A stretch of 64,000 bases of DNA from an uncultured Haloferula sp. (GCA_965652295.1 CBFGTS010000005.1:192001-256000), one strand, 5' to 3'; positions 52,301 through 60,946 are shown, numbered from the stretch's first letter. The notes: generated from the sequence alone by a model not told the origin. Made by a program: numbers and translations.

Positions 52301-55300
52301 CGACGGAACGGTCAACCTCGACTGGGCGGACAACGGCGAATCCGATTTCGCGTCCTACACCGTCTATCGCTCGACCACCAGCGGCAGCGGCTACAGCGCG
52401 ATCGCCTCTGGACTGACCGCGAGCGCCTACACCGACAATACCGTTTCGAACGGCGTGACCTATTACTACTTCGTGACCGCTGTCGATACGAGCGGCGGAG
52501 AATCAACCGACGGCAACGAGGTCTCAGCCCTTCCACAAGGGGCCTCGCTCACCCGCTACGATCTGGAGGGCGACACGCTTGACAGTTCGGGCAACGGCAA
52601 CCACGCGACCGCGACCGGATCGCCGACTTTTGTCGCGGGCCAGATCGGCCAGGCGATCGACCTCGACGGCGTGGACGATTATGTCACGATCCCGTCCGGC
52701 GTGGTCAGCGGCGTGGATAGCCTCACCGTCGCCACATGGGTCAACTGGGACGGCGGCGGCAATTGGCAGCGAATCTTCGACTTCGGTGACAGCACGAGCC
52801 GGTACATGTTCCTCTCGCCCAGTTCGGGAGGCAACACGTTGCGCTTTGCGATCAGCAACGGCAAAGGTGAGAAGATCACCGAAACCACTGCGCTGGCGAC
52901 TGGGACGTGGGTCCACGTGGCCGTGACGCTCAACGTCTTCACGACGACGCTGTACGTAAACGGCGTGGCGGTCGCGACCAACGACGCCTCCATCAATCCG
53001 ACCGGCTTCGATTTCACGCCGTTGAACAACTACATCGGCAAGAGCCAGTTCTCCGATCCGCTGTTCAACGGCCGGATCGATGACTTCCGCATCTACAACT
53101 ACGCGCTGACGGCCTCGCAGATCAACGACGTCATGCAGGGCAGCGACACCCTGCCTCCGGCCGCGCCCACAGGTCTCGGTGCCACCGCGGGCGACAGCAG
53201 CGTCTCGCTTGACTGGGCCGACAACGGAGAACCGGACTTCGCCAGCTACACCGTTTACCGCTCCACCACCAGCGGCAGCGGCTACGCCAGCATCGCCACC
53301 GGCCTGACCACCAGCGCCTACACGGACGATACTGTCATCGGTGGAGCCACCTACCACTACGTCGTGACCGCAGTGGACACCGCCTCCAACGAGTCCGCAA
53401 ACAGCGCGGAAGCCTCCGCCACTCCGACTCTCGCCGCACCCGGGAAGGTCACCGCGACGTCTGAAGAGGGACAGATCCTGATTTCCTGGTCCGCCTCCGC
53501 GAGCGCGGATACCTACGACGTTCTGCGCTCGACCAGTCCCAACGGGCCCTTCACCGCGATCGCCACCGGCCTCACCGGCACGAGCTACGGGGATACGAGC
53601 GCGCTGCCGGGCTGGACCTACTACTACGCCGTCTCGGCCAGCAATTCCTTCGGCCAGAGCGAGAGTTCCACGAGCACTACGACCACCGCCGCAGCCGCCG
53701 CCATCAGCTGGCTCAAGCTGGATGAAACCAGCGGCACCACCGCCGCGGATGCCAGCGGCAACAACAACGCCGGCACGCTCGTCAACAGCCCGGCGTGGAT
53801 CGGCGGGAAAACCGGCAACGCGCTCGTCCTCAACGGCACGAACCAATACGCCACCCTGCCGAACGGCATCACCTCGAACCTCCACGACTTCACGGTCAGC
53901 GCGTGGGTCTACTGGAACGGCGGCGGCAACTGGCAGCGCGTCTTCGACTTCGGCAGCGGAACTTCCGTCAACATGTTCCTCACACCGAAGAACGGCGCGA
54001 ACGGAAACCTCCGCTTCGCCATCACGACAAGCGGTGGAGCGGGGGAGCAGCGTATCGACGGCACCGCCGCGCTGACAAGCGGCGGTTGGCACCATGTCGC
54101 CGTCACGCTCTCCGGCACGACCGGCACGCTTTACGTCGATGGCCAGCAGGTCGGGCAAAACACCGGCATGACCCTGCGTCCGTCGGACCTCGGTGCGACC
54201 ACGCAAAACCGCATCGGCCGCTCGCAATACAACGACCCGTATTTCAACGGCCGCCTCGATGACTTCCGGGTTTACGCCGGCGCGCTCAGCGCTGCGGAAA
54301 TCTCCGCGCTCGCCGCACCGATCCAGACCACCGGCCTCGCGGCCACCGGCGGCTCCGGTCAGGTCGGCCTCACGTGGAACGCCACCACCGGCGCATCGAG
54401 CTACACCGTCCGCCGCGCCTCCACCAGCGGCGGCGCCTACACGGCGATCGCACCCGGCGTGACCGACACGAGCTACACCGATACCGGCCTGGCCGACGGC
54501 ACCACCTACTACTACGTCGTCACGCCGGCCGATGGTGCGAACTCGGCGGAAGTCGCCGCGCTCACCATTCCCGCCGCTCCGGAAAATATCGTCGCCTCCT
54601 CGACTGACGGAGAGGTTTCGCTCGGCTGGGATGCTTCGACCGGCGCGACCGGCTACGACGTCCTCCGCGGCACCAGCCCCGGCGGTGCCTACACGACGAT
54701 CGCCACCGGCGTGACCGGCACGTCCTACATCGACACGACGGCGCTTGCCGGCACGATCTATTACTATGCCATCGCCGCCACCAATGGCTCCGGCTCCAGC
54801 ACCGGCAGCACAGAAGTGAACGCGCTCACCGCGCCCGACGCCCCAAGCGGCCTCGCCGCCACGGCGGACAACGGCCAGGTGTCCCTCCTCTGGAACACCT
54901 CCACCGGCGCTGACAGCTACAACGTGCTCCGTTCCACCACCAGCGGCAGCGGATACACCACCGTGGCCACCGGCCTCACCGGCACGAGTTACATCGACAC
55001 CGGGCTCACCAATGGCACCGCCTACTACTACGTCGTCACCGCCACCAACTCCGGTGGAACCAGTGCCAACTCGACCGAGGCAAACGCGACACCCGTCGCC
55101 CTGCCGAGCCCATGGGCGACCTCCGACGTCGGCACAACCGGAGCCACCGGAAGCGCCAGCCGCGACCCGAACGGGCTCTTCACCATCGCCGGTGCCGGCT
55201 CGGACATCTGGGGAAGCAGTGATGCCTTCCGCTACGTCTATCAGACTGCCACCGGAGATTGCGACATCACCGCGCGCGTCACCGCGATCGAGGACACCCA

Positions 55301-55652
55301 CACCTGGGCGAAGTCCGGCGTGATGATCCGAGAAACTCTGGCAACCGGTTCCCGCCATGCCATGACGGTCGTTACCCCCGGCAAAGGAGTCTCCTTCCAA
55401 CGCCGCACCACGACCAACGGCAATTCGGCCCACACTACCACCAGCGGCCCTGCCGCTCCTCACTGGGTGCGCCTTACGCGGGTGGGCGACGTGTTCACGG
55501 CCTATCACTCCGCCGACGGCACGAACTGGACCAGCATGGGCTCGGAAACGATCACCATGGGCACCAGCGTTTACATCGGCCTGCCGGTCACCAGCCACTC
55601 TCAGGGCACGCTCTGCACCGCAACGTTCGACAACGTCACGGCCGCTCCCTGA
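49353..55652 (+). CDS. Secreted 2099-aa modular protein: alginate-lyase-like toroid (HPG...ESGRDQGH type), many Fn3, three LamG, C-terminal beta-sandwich
   Basis: AQFVHPGALSTQADLDRM, HYWANW, GQWQESGRDQGH; three WQR(I/V)FDFG modules; C-terminal WAKSGVMIRE...WVRLTRVG...VYIGL. Exact start is uncertain. Confidence 0.87.
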   Translation: MNLIRISLRCFASRLLSNLSGRVVNHLATDRETVRKTVPSLAVVFAGLSLMMLAPLAQAQFVHPGALSTQADLDRMAAKVAAAEQPWQGGWDILVGNEGFYMGGPEAVPTVFVDSGNGGNTYMSLARDSHRAYQAALRYHGTGDTTYADHAVQIMNAWASTHTAWDGNTNVALRSGLYGYAFACAGELMRGYSGWDPADFAAFQQYMLTQFYPLNSGFLNDLVGFCWSHYWANWTLANLASMTAIGVLCDDQAIFDEALNHFLAGVHTGGIEHAVYHVHPNGLGQWQESGRDQGHAQMGPQLIGVVCEIAWNQGYDLYGHMNNRVLAGVEYVSKYNTHHAVPFAAYANCDYAVWPYTYRFYQKAVAGWPSGGGRPGWDLIYNHYVNRMGIAAPYTAQYAALTRPEGGGSNYGGNSGGFDGLGFTTLTHSRDPIAGAVPGALRPYVQGRQITLSWAGSAHAESYNVKRSTTSGGPYTTLGKGDGKSLFFVDPGLTAGTTYYYVVSANNPGGESVNSAEAAATADGHLFGTVIGSDGSFDHCGATREILFDGALVNFIDIGASGGAWAGLDLGSGVSAVITGVKYCPRKGAANAMVGGKFQASNTADFSGDVVDLFTITTEPTEGMLTSQAVDSGSAYRYVRYIQPTKNGWNTAAEVQFLGTASGQSAPSTPVVDTSLVNGLQIDLLLDGISGIPGVGGYRIKRSTTPGGPYVVWGDVNTGYGDTTKFSDSETEMGSTYYYVVSAYNQLGESADSAEVSVSTLPTGPQLMTHLKMSGNVADSSGYNFYAGTVGSPEFPGGGYVGSAIDLDGVDDFVTLQPRVANSEDITVAAWVNWDGGAAWQRIFDFGTGTWSYLYLTPSSGDGKLRFGIKNTAGEQTVETSALTVGTWTHVAVTLSGDMATLYVNGSPAASNPSVTINPTDFKPWVNNIGKSQWPADPRFNGRIDEFRVYNYALSAGDVAALAAQSTEATPPVAPAGLNTIVGDGTVNLDWADNGESDFASYTVYRSTTSGSGYSAIASGLTASAYTDNTVSNGVTYYYFVTAVDTSGGESTDGNEVSALPQGASLTRYDLEGDTLDSSGNGNHATATGSPTFVAGQIGQAIDLDGVDDYVTIPSGVVSGVDSLTVATWVNWDGGGNWQRIFDFGDSTSRYMFLSPSSGGNTLRFAISNGKGEKITETTALATGTWVHVAVTLNVFTTTLYVNGVAVATNDASINPTGFDFTPLNNYIGKSQFSDPLFNGRIDDFRIYNYALTASQINDVMQGSDTLPPAAPTGLGATAGDSSVSLDWADNGEPDFASYTVYRSTTSGSGYASIATGLTTSAYTDDTVIGGATYHYVVTAVDTASNESANSAEASATPTLAAPGKVTATSEEGQILISWSASASADTYDVLRSTSPNGPFTAIATGLTGTSYGDTSALPGWTYYYAVSASNSFGQSESSTSTTTTAAAAAISWLKLDETSGTTAADASGNNNAGTLVNSPAWIGGKTGNALVLNGTNQYATLPNGITSNLHDFTVSAWVYWNGGGNWQRVFDFGSGTSVNMFLTPKNGANGNLRFAITTSGGAGEQRIDGTAALTSGGWHHVAVTLSGTTGTLYVDGQQVGQNTGMTLRPSDLGATTQNRIGRSQYNDPYFNGRLDDFRVYAGALSAAEISALAAPIQTTGLAATGGSGQVGLTWNATTGASSYTVRRASTSGGAYTAIAPGVTDTSYTDTGLADGTTYYYVVTPADGANSAEVAALTIPAAPENIVASSTDGEVSLGWDASTGATGYDVLRGTSPGGAYTTIATGVTGTSYIDTTALAGTIYYYAIAATNGSGSSTGSTEVNALTAPDAPSGLAATADNGQVSLLWNTSTGADSYNVLRSTTSGSGYTTVATGLTGTSYIDTGLTNGTAYYYVVTATNSGGTSANSTEANATPVALPSPWATSDVGTTGATGSASRDPNGLFTIAGAGSDIWGSSDAFRYVYQTATGDCDITARVTAIEDTHTWAKSGVMIRETLATGSRHAMTVVTPGKGVSFQRRTTTNGNSAHTTTSGPAAPHWVRLTRVGDVFTAYHSADGTNWTSMGSETITMGTSVYIGLPVTSHSQGTLCTATFDNVTAAP

Positions 55653-55666
55653 CCTGAACCACTACC

Positions 55667-56560
55667 ATGGCACCCCTCGCACCCGGTCACGGGAATCGCC
55701 CGTCCACCCCAGCCAAGCGCCGCTGGCTCCTGGCTGGGGGAGGGGTGCTCATGGTTGCCGGCATCGGCGCTCTTCCGTTCTGGCACGAGCGCCCCCATCC
55801 ATCATCCGGCGGGCCGGAGGTTCTACCACGAACGCCGTACTCCACCCGCAATCCGTCATCTCCGGACCGCCGGCTCACACACTTCGATTCATCCAGCGGA
55901 AATGCCAAGGCACGCTTGGCCCGTGAGGTCCCGTGGTCCGAAGAGGAAAAGGAACGCATCCGCCTCCGGGCGCAAAACGACCCGAGTGGATTCGGCGAAT
56001 GGGCGGCCACCCTGTCCCCGGGAGCCAACCGTCACTTCGCCCTCGAAACCGCAGCGCTCGCTTGGGGAGCCACCGCCCCGTCATCCGCCGCGGACTGGGC
56101 AGAGGATCTTTCCGAGAAAACCGAGCGCACCCAGGCCCTGACGCACATTGCCAGCGAGGCGGTGCGCAGCGACCCGCATCTCGCCCTCGAACTCGCCCGC
56201 TCCCTTCCCGAACCGTCGATGAATGACATCGTGCCTCGGGCTACCGCCGAGTGGGCCGCGACCGATCCCGTCGCCGCAGCCGAGTGGGCGGGCCAAATTT
56301 CCAGCACGCCCCTGTGCACCGCGACCCTCGCCGGTATCGCCACCGTTTGGAGCGAGCAGGACCCCGTCGCCGCCGCCACCATGGTCCTGCGTGAAATCCC
56401 CGCCGGCCGCCTGCAGGCCGACGCCATCGTTTCCATCGTCCAACGCTGGGCTCGGCAATCGCCTGCCGACGCCGCCGACTGGGTGAACCAGTTTCCCGAT
56501 GGTGAACTACGGGACACCGCCATGGAGTGTCTTGCCCAGGCCACGGTCGGAAAGAAGTGA
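55667..56560 (+). CDS. Membrane-anchored alpha-helical repeat hypothetical protein, related to 44356-45174
   Basis: N-terminal TM segment; repeats WAATDPVAAAEW, WSEQDPVAAA, WARQSPADAADW. Confidence 0.75.
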   Translation: MAPLAPGHGNRPSTPAKRRWLLAGGGVLMVAGIGALPFWHERPHPSSGGPEVLPRTPYSTRNPSSPDRRLTHFDSSSGNAKARLAREVPWSEEEKERIRLRAQNDPSGFGEWAATLSPGANRHFALETAALAWGATAPSSAADWAEDLSEKTERTQALTHIASEAVRSDPHLALELARSLPEPSMNDIVPRATAEWAATDPVAAAEWAGQISSTPLCTATLAGIATVWSEQDPVAAATMVLREIPAGRLQADAIVSIVQRWARQSPADAADWVNQFPDGELRDTAMECLAQATVGKK

Positions 56561-56572
56561 TTCTAAAGAGGA

Positions 56573-56698
56573 AAATGAACCGCAGATGAACGCGGATTAA
56601 CGCAGATAATCAATGAGTTGGATCGCAGACTCATCCAACGAGTCAGGTTTGGGTTCTTTGCAACTCTCTTAAAATCAGTGTTTATCTTCGGTTCGTTT
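56573..56698. repeat. MITE/REP-like element with imperfect terminal inverted arms, copy 2
   Basis: Left arm aaatgaac-cgcagatgaa-cgcggattaa-cgcagat; right arm atcagtgtttatcttcggttcgttt; lies between convergent genes. Confidence 0.62.
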
Positions 56699-56736
56699 CT
56701 ATTCTCAGGATGATTGATCTCCCGCGAGAACGGACC

Positions 56737-56946
56737 TCACTTGAAGAGGAAGTAGAACGCGAGCGCGAACGCCCCCACCCACACCGCGGCGACTTGGGTG
56801 ACGCCGAAGGAGCGCGCGCCCGGTGTCTCGGCGGGATCGTCCGGATGGGGACCGAAGAGCGAGTCATACTTCATGAGAAGCCACAGCCCGAAGCCGGACC
56901 ACGCGATGAGAAAGAGAACCAAACCGGTTTTGAGGAGAAATGTCAT
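56737..56946 (-). CDS. Small (69 aa) two-TM membrane protein, divergent from the MocR regulator
   Basis: MTFLLKTGLVLFLIAWSGFGLWLLM...VAAVWVGAFALAFYFLFK. Confidence 0.6.
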   Translation of the reverse strand: MTFLLKTGLVLFLIAWSGFGLWLLMKYDSLFGPHPDDPAETPGARSFGVTQVAAVWVGAFALAFYFLFK

Positions 56947-56987
56947 GGCGAAGCGGGAAGCCAGCATAGGCGGGAGACGGCTTCCGG

Positions 56988-57038
56988 ACAGGTACAGCTA
57001 AGCGATGTTTTGGAGAAACATCCGCAATCTGTGTCTGG
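56988..57038. promoter_or_regulatory. Symmetric divergent-promoter site, candidate MocR-family operator
   Basis: acaggtacag (56988-97) and ctgtgtctgg (57029-38) plus the inner pair gatgttt/aaacatc share one dyad centre at 57013. Confidence 0.55.
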
Positions 57039-57071
57039 TCAAATGGACGCTTCTGGCGGAGAGTCTGATTC

Positions 57072-58496
57072 ATGGCGCAGACCACTCCCATGTATCAGGC
57101 GCTTTCCGACAAACTATCGGCCCTGATTCGCGGCGGCACCTTCACGCCGGGCGACAAGCTCCCGTCGATCCGGCGGGCCAGCCGCGAAAACCGGGTCAGC
57201 ATCACGACGGTGCTGGAAGCCTACCGCGCGTTGGAGACCAAGGGCCTGATCGAAGGCCGTCCGCGCTCCGGCTATTTCGTCCGTCCGCCCGCCAAGCCAG
57301 TGCGGCGGTCCGCGCCAGCCACCCGTTATCGGACCAAGCCCGTCCGGATCGAGACCCCCGCGATTTTCGAGGCGGTGATGGCCTCGGTGGAAAACCGGGA
57401 CATGGTTCCCTTCGCCGCCGCGACGCCCGACGACACGATCATCAAAATGTCCAAGCTGCCATCGCTGTCGGCGGCGGCATTCCGAAAGCATGGTGCGGAA
57501 GCGGCCCGCTACACGCCACCCGCAGGTCGCCGAGAGCTGCGACTCGCCTTGTCTCGCCGCCTGCTGGCTTGCGGAATCAAAGCGGCACACGATGAAATCA
57601 TCACCACCCACGGCGCGACCGAGGCCCTTCTGCTCGCGCTGCGGGCCGTGACGAAGGCGGGCGATTCGGTGGCGGTCGAGTCACCGACTTACTTCGGGAT
57701 TCTCCATTTGATCCGGGATCTCGGATTGCGGGCCATCGAACTTCCCGTCTCCAGGGAATCCGGAATCTCGCTCGACGCGCTGGAAGCCGCGCTGGAGAAA
57801 CATCGGGTCGCCGCCTGCGTGGTGCAGCCGAATTTTCAAAACCCGATCGGCTGCGTCATGCCGCCCGAGCACAAGAAACGGCTGGCCGAGCTGTCCGCCC
57901 ACCATGGATTCACGATCATTGAGGACGATGTGTATGGCGATTTCGGCCACACGGGCGAACGCCCGTCCTCCATCGCGCTCCACGGCGGCGATGTGATCCA
58001 TTGCGGGTCGGTCTCGAAAACCATCGCTCCGGGACTGCGGGTCGGGTGGATGGTGCCCGGGGATCATCTGCCAAGGATTCAGCATCTGAAAACCGCCATG
58101 TGCCCATGGAACACGACACTCTCGGAACTGATGGTCGCGCGGTTTCTGGACGAGGGCGGTTACGATCGCCACTTGCGCCGGATCCGGGAGCTGTATGCGG
58201 CGCAGTGCGCCCGGCTCCGCGAAGAAGCGGCCCGTCATTTCCCGCAAGCCGTCCGCATCGGCGCGCCAGTGGGCGGCTTCGTGCTATGGATCGAGATGCC
58301 GGAAACCTTCGATTCCGAGAGCTTCACCATGGAAGCCATCTCGGACGGAATCAGCGTCGTGCCGGGGACGGTTTTCTCGCCCACCTTGCGGTTCAAAAAC
58401 TGCTTTCGTCTCAATGCCGGGATTGCCCCCGCTCCACGGGTCTTGGAAGCGCTCGCATCCCTCGGGCGGCTCGCGGGCCACCACTTCACGGCCTGA
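57072..58496 (+). CDS. MocR/GabR-family regulator (GntR HTH + PLP-dependent aminotransferase domain)
   Basis: PGDKLPSIR...VSITTV...AY...GLIEGRPRSGYFV; ESPTY, FQNP, IEDDVY and SVSKTIAPGLRVGW motifs. Confidence 0.93.
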   Translation: MAQTTPMYQALSDKLSALIRGGTFTPGDKLPSIRRASRENRVSITTVLEAYRALETKGLIEGRPRSGYFVRPPAKPVRRSAPATRYRTKPVRIETPAIFEAVMASVENRDMVPFAAATPDDTIIKMSKLPSLSAAAFRKHGAEAARYTPPAGRRELRLALSRRLLACGIKAAHDEIITTHGATEALLLALRAVTKAGDSVAVESPTYFGILHLIRDLGLRAIELPVSRESGISLDALEAALEKHRVAACVVQPNFQNPIGCVMPPEHKKRLAELSAHHGFTIIEDDVYGDFGHTGERPSSIALHGGDVIHCGSVSKTIAPGLRVGWMVPGDHLPRIQHLKTAMCPWNTTLSELMVARFLDEGGYDRHLRRIRELYAAQCARLREEAARHFPQAVRIGAPVGGFVLWIEMPETFDSESFTMEAISDGISVVPGTVFSPTLRFKNCFRLNAGIAPAPRVLEALASLGRLAGHHFTA

Positions 58497-59058
58497 GTCC
58501 GCGAAGCGGCGGCTCTGACCGCCAATCGCCTTTGATCAGCACTTCCTTCGGATGAGAGGGAATGCCGAAGCGGTTGGTGTGCAGGCCCTCGACCACGAGG
58601 TCGAAGGCCGCCGCGCCGACCCGCTGGAGGTTGCCGTCGATGCCCGGCCACTCCGCCATTTCCTCGCACGTCCGGTAGAGGAACGAAAGATGAATGTCGT
58701 CCGGGACTCGGCCCGCTTGGGAAAGCCAGCTCCGGGCGGGGAGTTTGTAAACCAACAGCGAATCGGGTTTTCCCCGTTTCAACCAAGCCCGGAATTCGGC
58801 GAGTCCTTGGTCGGCGGACAGAACGAGGGGTTGGCAGCGTTCCTTTTCCGGCAGACGCCGTTGCCAGTCCAGAGCGGCACCGGACCACAGGTAGCCGGAC
58901 ACGCGGTTGTTCAGCTCCGGCACGATCAACCCGGTGCGCCGGCAGCCGAGCTTGCGGATCTCGTCGAGAGCCAGTTGGACGTTGAAAAAGCCGTGGAAAT
59001 TGGCGCGGTTCACCGCCGCCTCCTGAAAATACGTGCTCAGTCTCGCGACACTGAACTC
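58486..59058 (-). pseudogene. C-terminal remnant of a LacI-family regulator; HTH missing
   Basis: EFSVARLS...VNRANFHGFFNVQLALDEIRKLGCRRTGL...GIDGNLQRVGAAAFDLV...GIPSHPKEVLIKGDW resembles Verrucomicrobial LacI-type effector domains; in-frame stop at 59064-59062 upstream. Confidence 0.7.
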
Positions 59059-59545
59059 CGGTTACGAGATCTTCCTCTCCGGCTCGTCGGCCAAGCTGCT
59101 AAGCCGGGAAATCGCCTCCTCCATGCGCGGCCGCGCTTGGGAGATCACCATCCACCCGTTCAGCTTCCTTTACCCCGCGGACCCGGCGCTCATCCCCGTT
59201 TACGACCGTAGTGGCAAGCCCAACTCCGGCCACGCTCTCGAATCCGTCGTGTTCACCGAACTCCAGCGCCGCCACGCCGAGGTCGCCTACGTCAAGACCG
59301 CCGGCGGCTACGAGGTGGACTTCCTCGCCCGCTATCCCGATGGCACCGAGCAGCTGATCCAGGTTTGCACCTCCGTCGATGACCCGGAAACCCGCGACCG
59401 CGAGGTCCGGGCGCTTCAGGCCGCCGCCGCCGAACATCCTCGTGCGGAACAAGTGATTCTAACCATGGAATCGCGCTTGCCCTTTCCAGAGGTTCCGGAA
59501 CCGATCCATGTCATGCCCGCCTGGAGCTGGATGCTTCAGGGCTGA
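59051..59545 (+). pseudogene. Remnant of an AAA ATPase with DUF4143-type C-terminus
   Basis: IFLSGSSAKLLSREIASSMRGR...HPFSF is joined directly to YPADP...ALESVVFTEL...EVDF...LIQVC; no Walker A, and the middle of the protein is missing. Confidence 0.8.
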
Positions 59546-59573
59546 GGCGAATCATTGACCGACCCATCGCGGA

Positions 59574-59815
59574 AATCATCCGCACCCGCTGCACCCGCCG
59601 CGAAGCCGCCGCCCACCTCCGCCAATGGGCGGAAGAATCCGTCATCGCAACCGCCCGCAAACGCTTCGTCGCCGCCGCCGAAGAAACCCTCGCTGGCATC
59701 CACGAGGGAAATTTCGCCAGATACCGGGTAAAGCCGTCGGAGTTCGAGGCGTGGAGAGCCGATTGGCACTGAAGGCCCGGAAGCATGAGGTGAACCCGTT
59801 TACTCTGATCCATTC
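59574..59815 (+). repeat. Direct repeat copy 1: 3' end of a fic-like gene plus downstream motif
   Basis: Encodes IIRTRCTRREA...IHEGNFARYRVKPSEFEAWRADWH*; highly similar to 61018-61261. Confidence 0.88.
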
Positions 59816-59869
59816 CCTAATTGGATGGAATTGGATGGAATCAGGAGAAATTGGTGGTAGGCTCCGCCC

Positions 59870-60946
59870 ATGCAGATTCCCCTGCCTCCGGATCTCCAGC
59901 CGACCAACGAGATGCTCACGTCGATCGCCGCGATCGACGAGTTCAAAGGCGAGTGGCGAGCCCTCCGTGGCCTCGCGCCGGAGACTCTGCAGTCCCTACG
60001 GCGGATCGCCACCATCGAAAGCGCTGGCTCATCGACCCGCATCGAAGGAGCCAAGCTCAGCGACGGCGAGGTCGAAAGCCTGCTTGGCAAACTGGGAAAG
60101 GGATCCTTCCAGTCGCGCGACGAGCAGGAAGTCGCAGGCTACGCCTACGTCATGGATTCCGTCCAGACGGCTTGGGGGGACCTACGAATTTCCGGAAGCA
60201 TTCTTCTCCAACTGCACCGCGATCTACTGCGCTATAGTGACAAAGACGAACGCCACCGGGGTCAGTGGAAGTCGCTCGACAACCATGTCGCGGCCTTCGA
60301 CGCCGAAGGCAAGCAAGTCGGCATCGTTTTTGAGACTGCCTCGCCTTTCGAGACGCCGATGCTGATGGAAAAGCTCCTGGCATGGCACGCCAAGGAAGAG
60401 GCAGACCCCGTATTCCACCCTCTTCTGCGCATCGCCGTGTTCAACGTGGTCTTCCTGGCCATCCATCCGTTCCAGGACGGCAACGGCCGGCTGTCCCGCG
60501 TTCTGACCAATCTGATGCTTCTCCGGGCCGGCTATGCCTATGCCTCCTACACGTCGCTGGAGAGCGTCATCGAGCACAACAAAGAGACCTACTACCTGGC
60601 TCTCCGGAGGACCCAGGCCTCGTTCGGGCAAACCGCCGACTGGGAACCATGGATTCGCTTCTTCCTCCGCTCCTTGCGGTCACAGATCGGGCGGCTTCGC
60701 GAGCGACTTCCCGAACCAGGCATCAACGCTGGAGTTCCTATCGTCGCTGGAGACCTTTCTCCGCTGGCCGAACGCCTCCTGGCACTTTTGCGGAACCGCG
60801 AGACCCTCTCAGTTGGCGATGCCGCCGAAGCCTTGAAAGCGAATCGGAACACGCTGAAGGGCAAGTTCGCCGAACTGGTGGAAGGCGGACATGCCGAACT
60901 GCGAGGGAAAGGCCGCGGCGCGCACTATCGACCCCTCAGTCCATAG
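59870..60946 (+). CDS. Fic-domain protein (AMPylase-like) with N-terminal inhibitory helix and C-terminal winged HTH
   Basis: Canonical HPFQDGNGRLSR; inhibitory SSTRIEG motif; C-terminal LSVGDAAEALKANRNTL...GKGRGAHY. Confidence 0.93.
   Translation: MQIPLPPDLQPTNEMLTSIAAIDEFKGEWRALRGLAPETLQSLRRIATIESAGSSTRIEGAKLSDGEVESLLGKLGKGSFQSRDEQEVAGYAYVMDSVQTAWGDLRISGSILLQLHRDLLRYSDKDERHRGQWKSLDNHVAAFDAEGKQVGIVFETASPFETPMLMEKLLAWHAKEEADPVFHPLLRIAVFNVVFLAIHPFQDGNGRLSRVLTNLMLLRAGYAYASYTSLESVIEHNKETYYLALRRTQASFGQTADWEPWIRFFLRSLRSQIGRLRERLPEPGINAGVPIVAGDLSPLAERLLALLRNRETLSVGDAAEALKANRNTLKGKFAELVEGGHAELRGKGRGAHYRPLSP

Noticed and set aside
2143..55598. Long minus-strand ORFs (e.g. 2143-4362, 13453-15906, 17543-20845, 22495-24624, 52524-55598)
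   Set aside because: Antisense shadows of well-supported + strand genes caused by strong codon bias; no recognisable motifs.
59023..59055. Apparent 28-bp insertion with a CTGAA target-site duplication in the ATPase remnant
   Set aside because: The same bases read as a sensible continuation of the LacI remnant on the minus strand (FSVARLSTYFQ), so a deletion junction explains it more simply.
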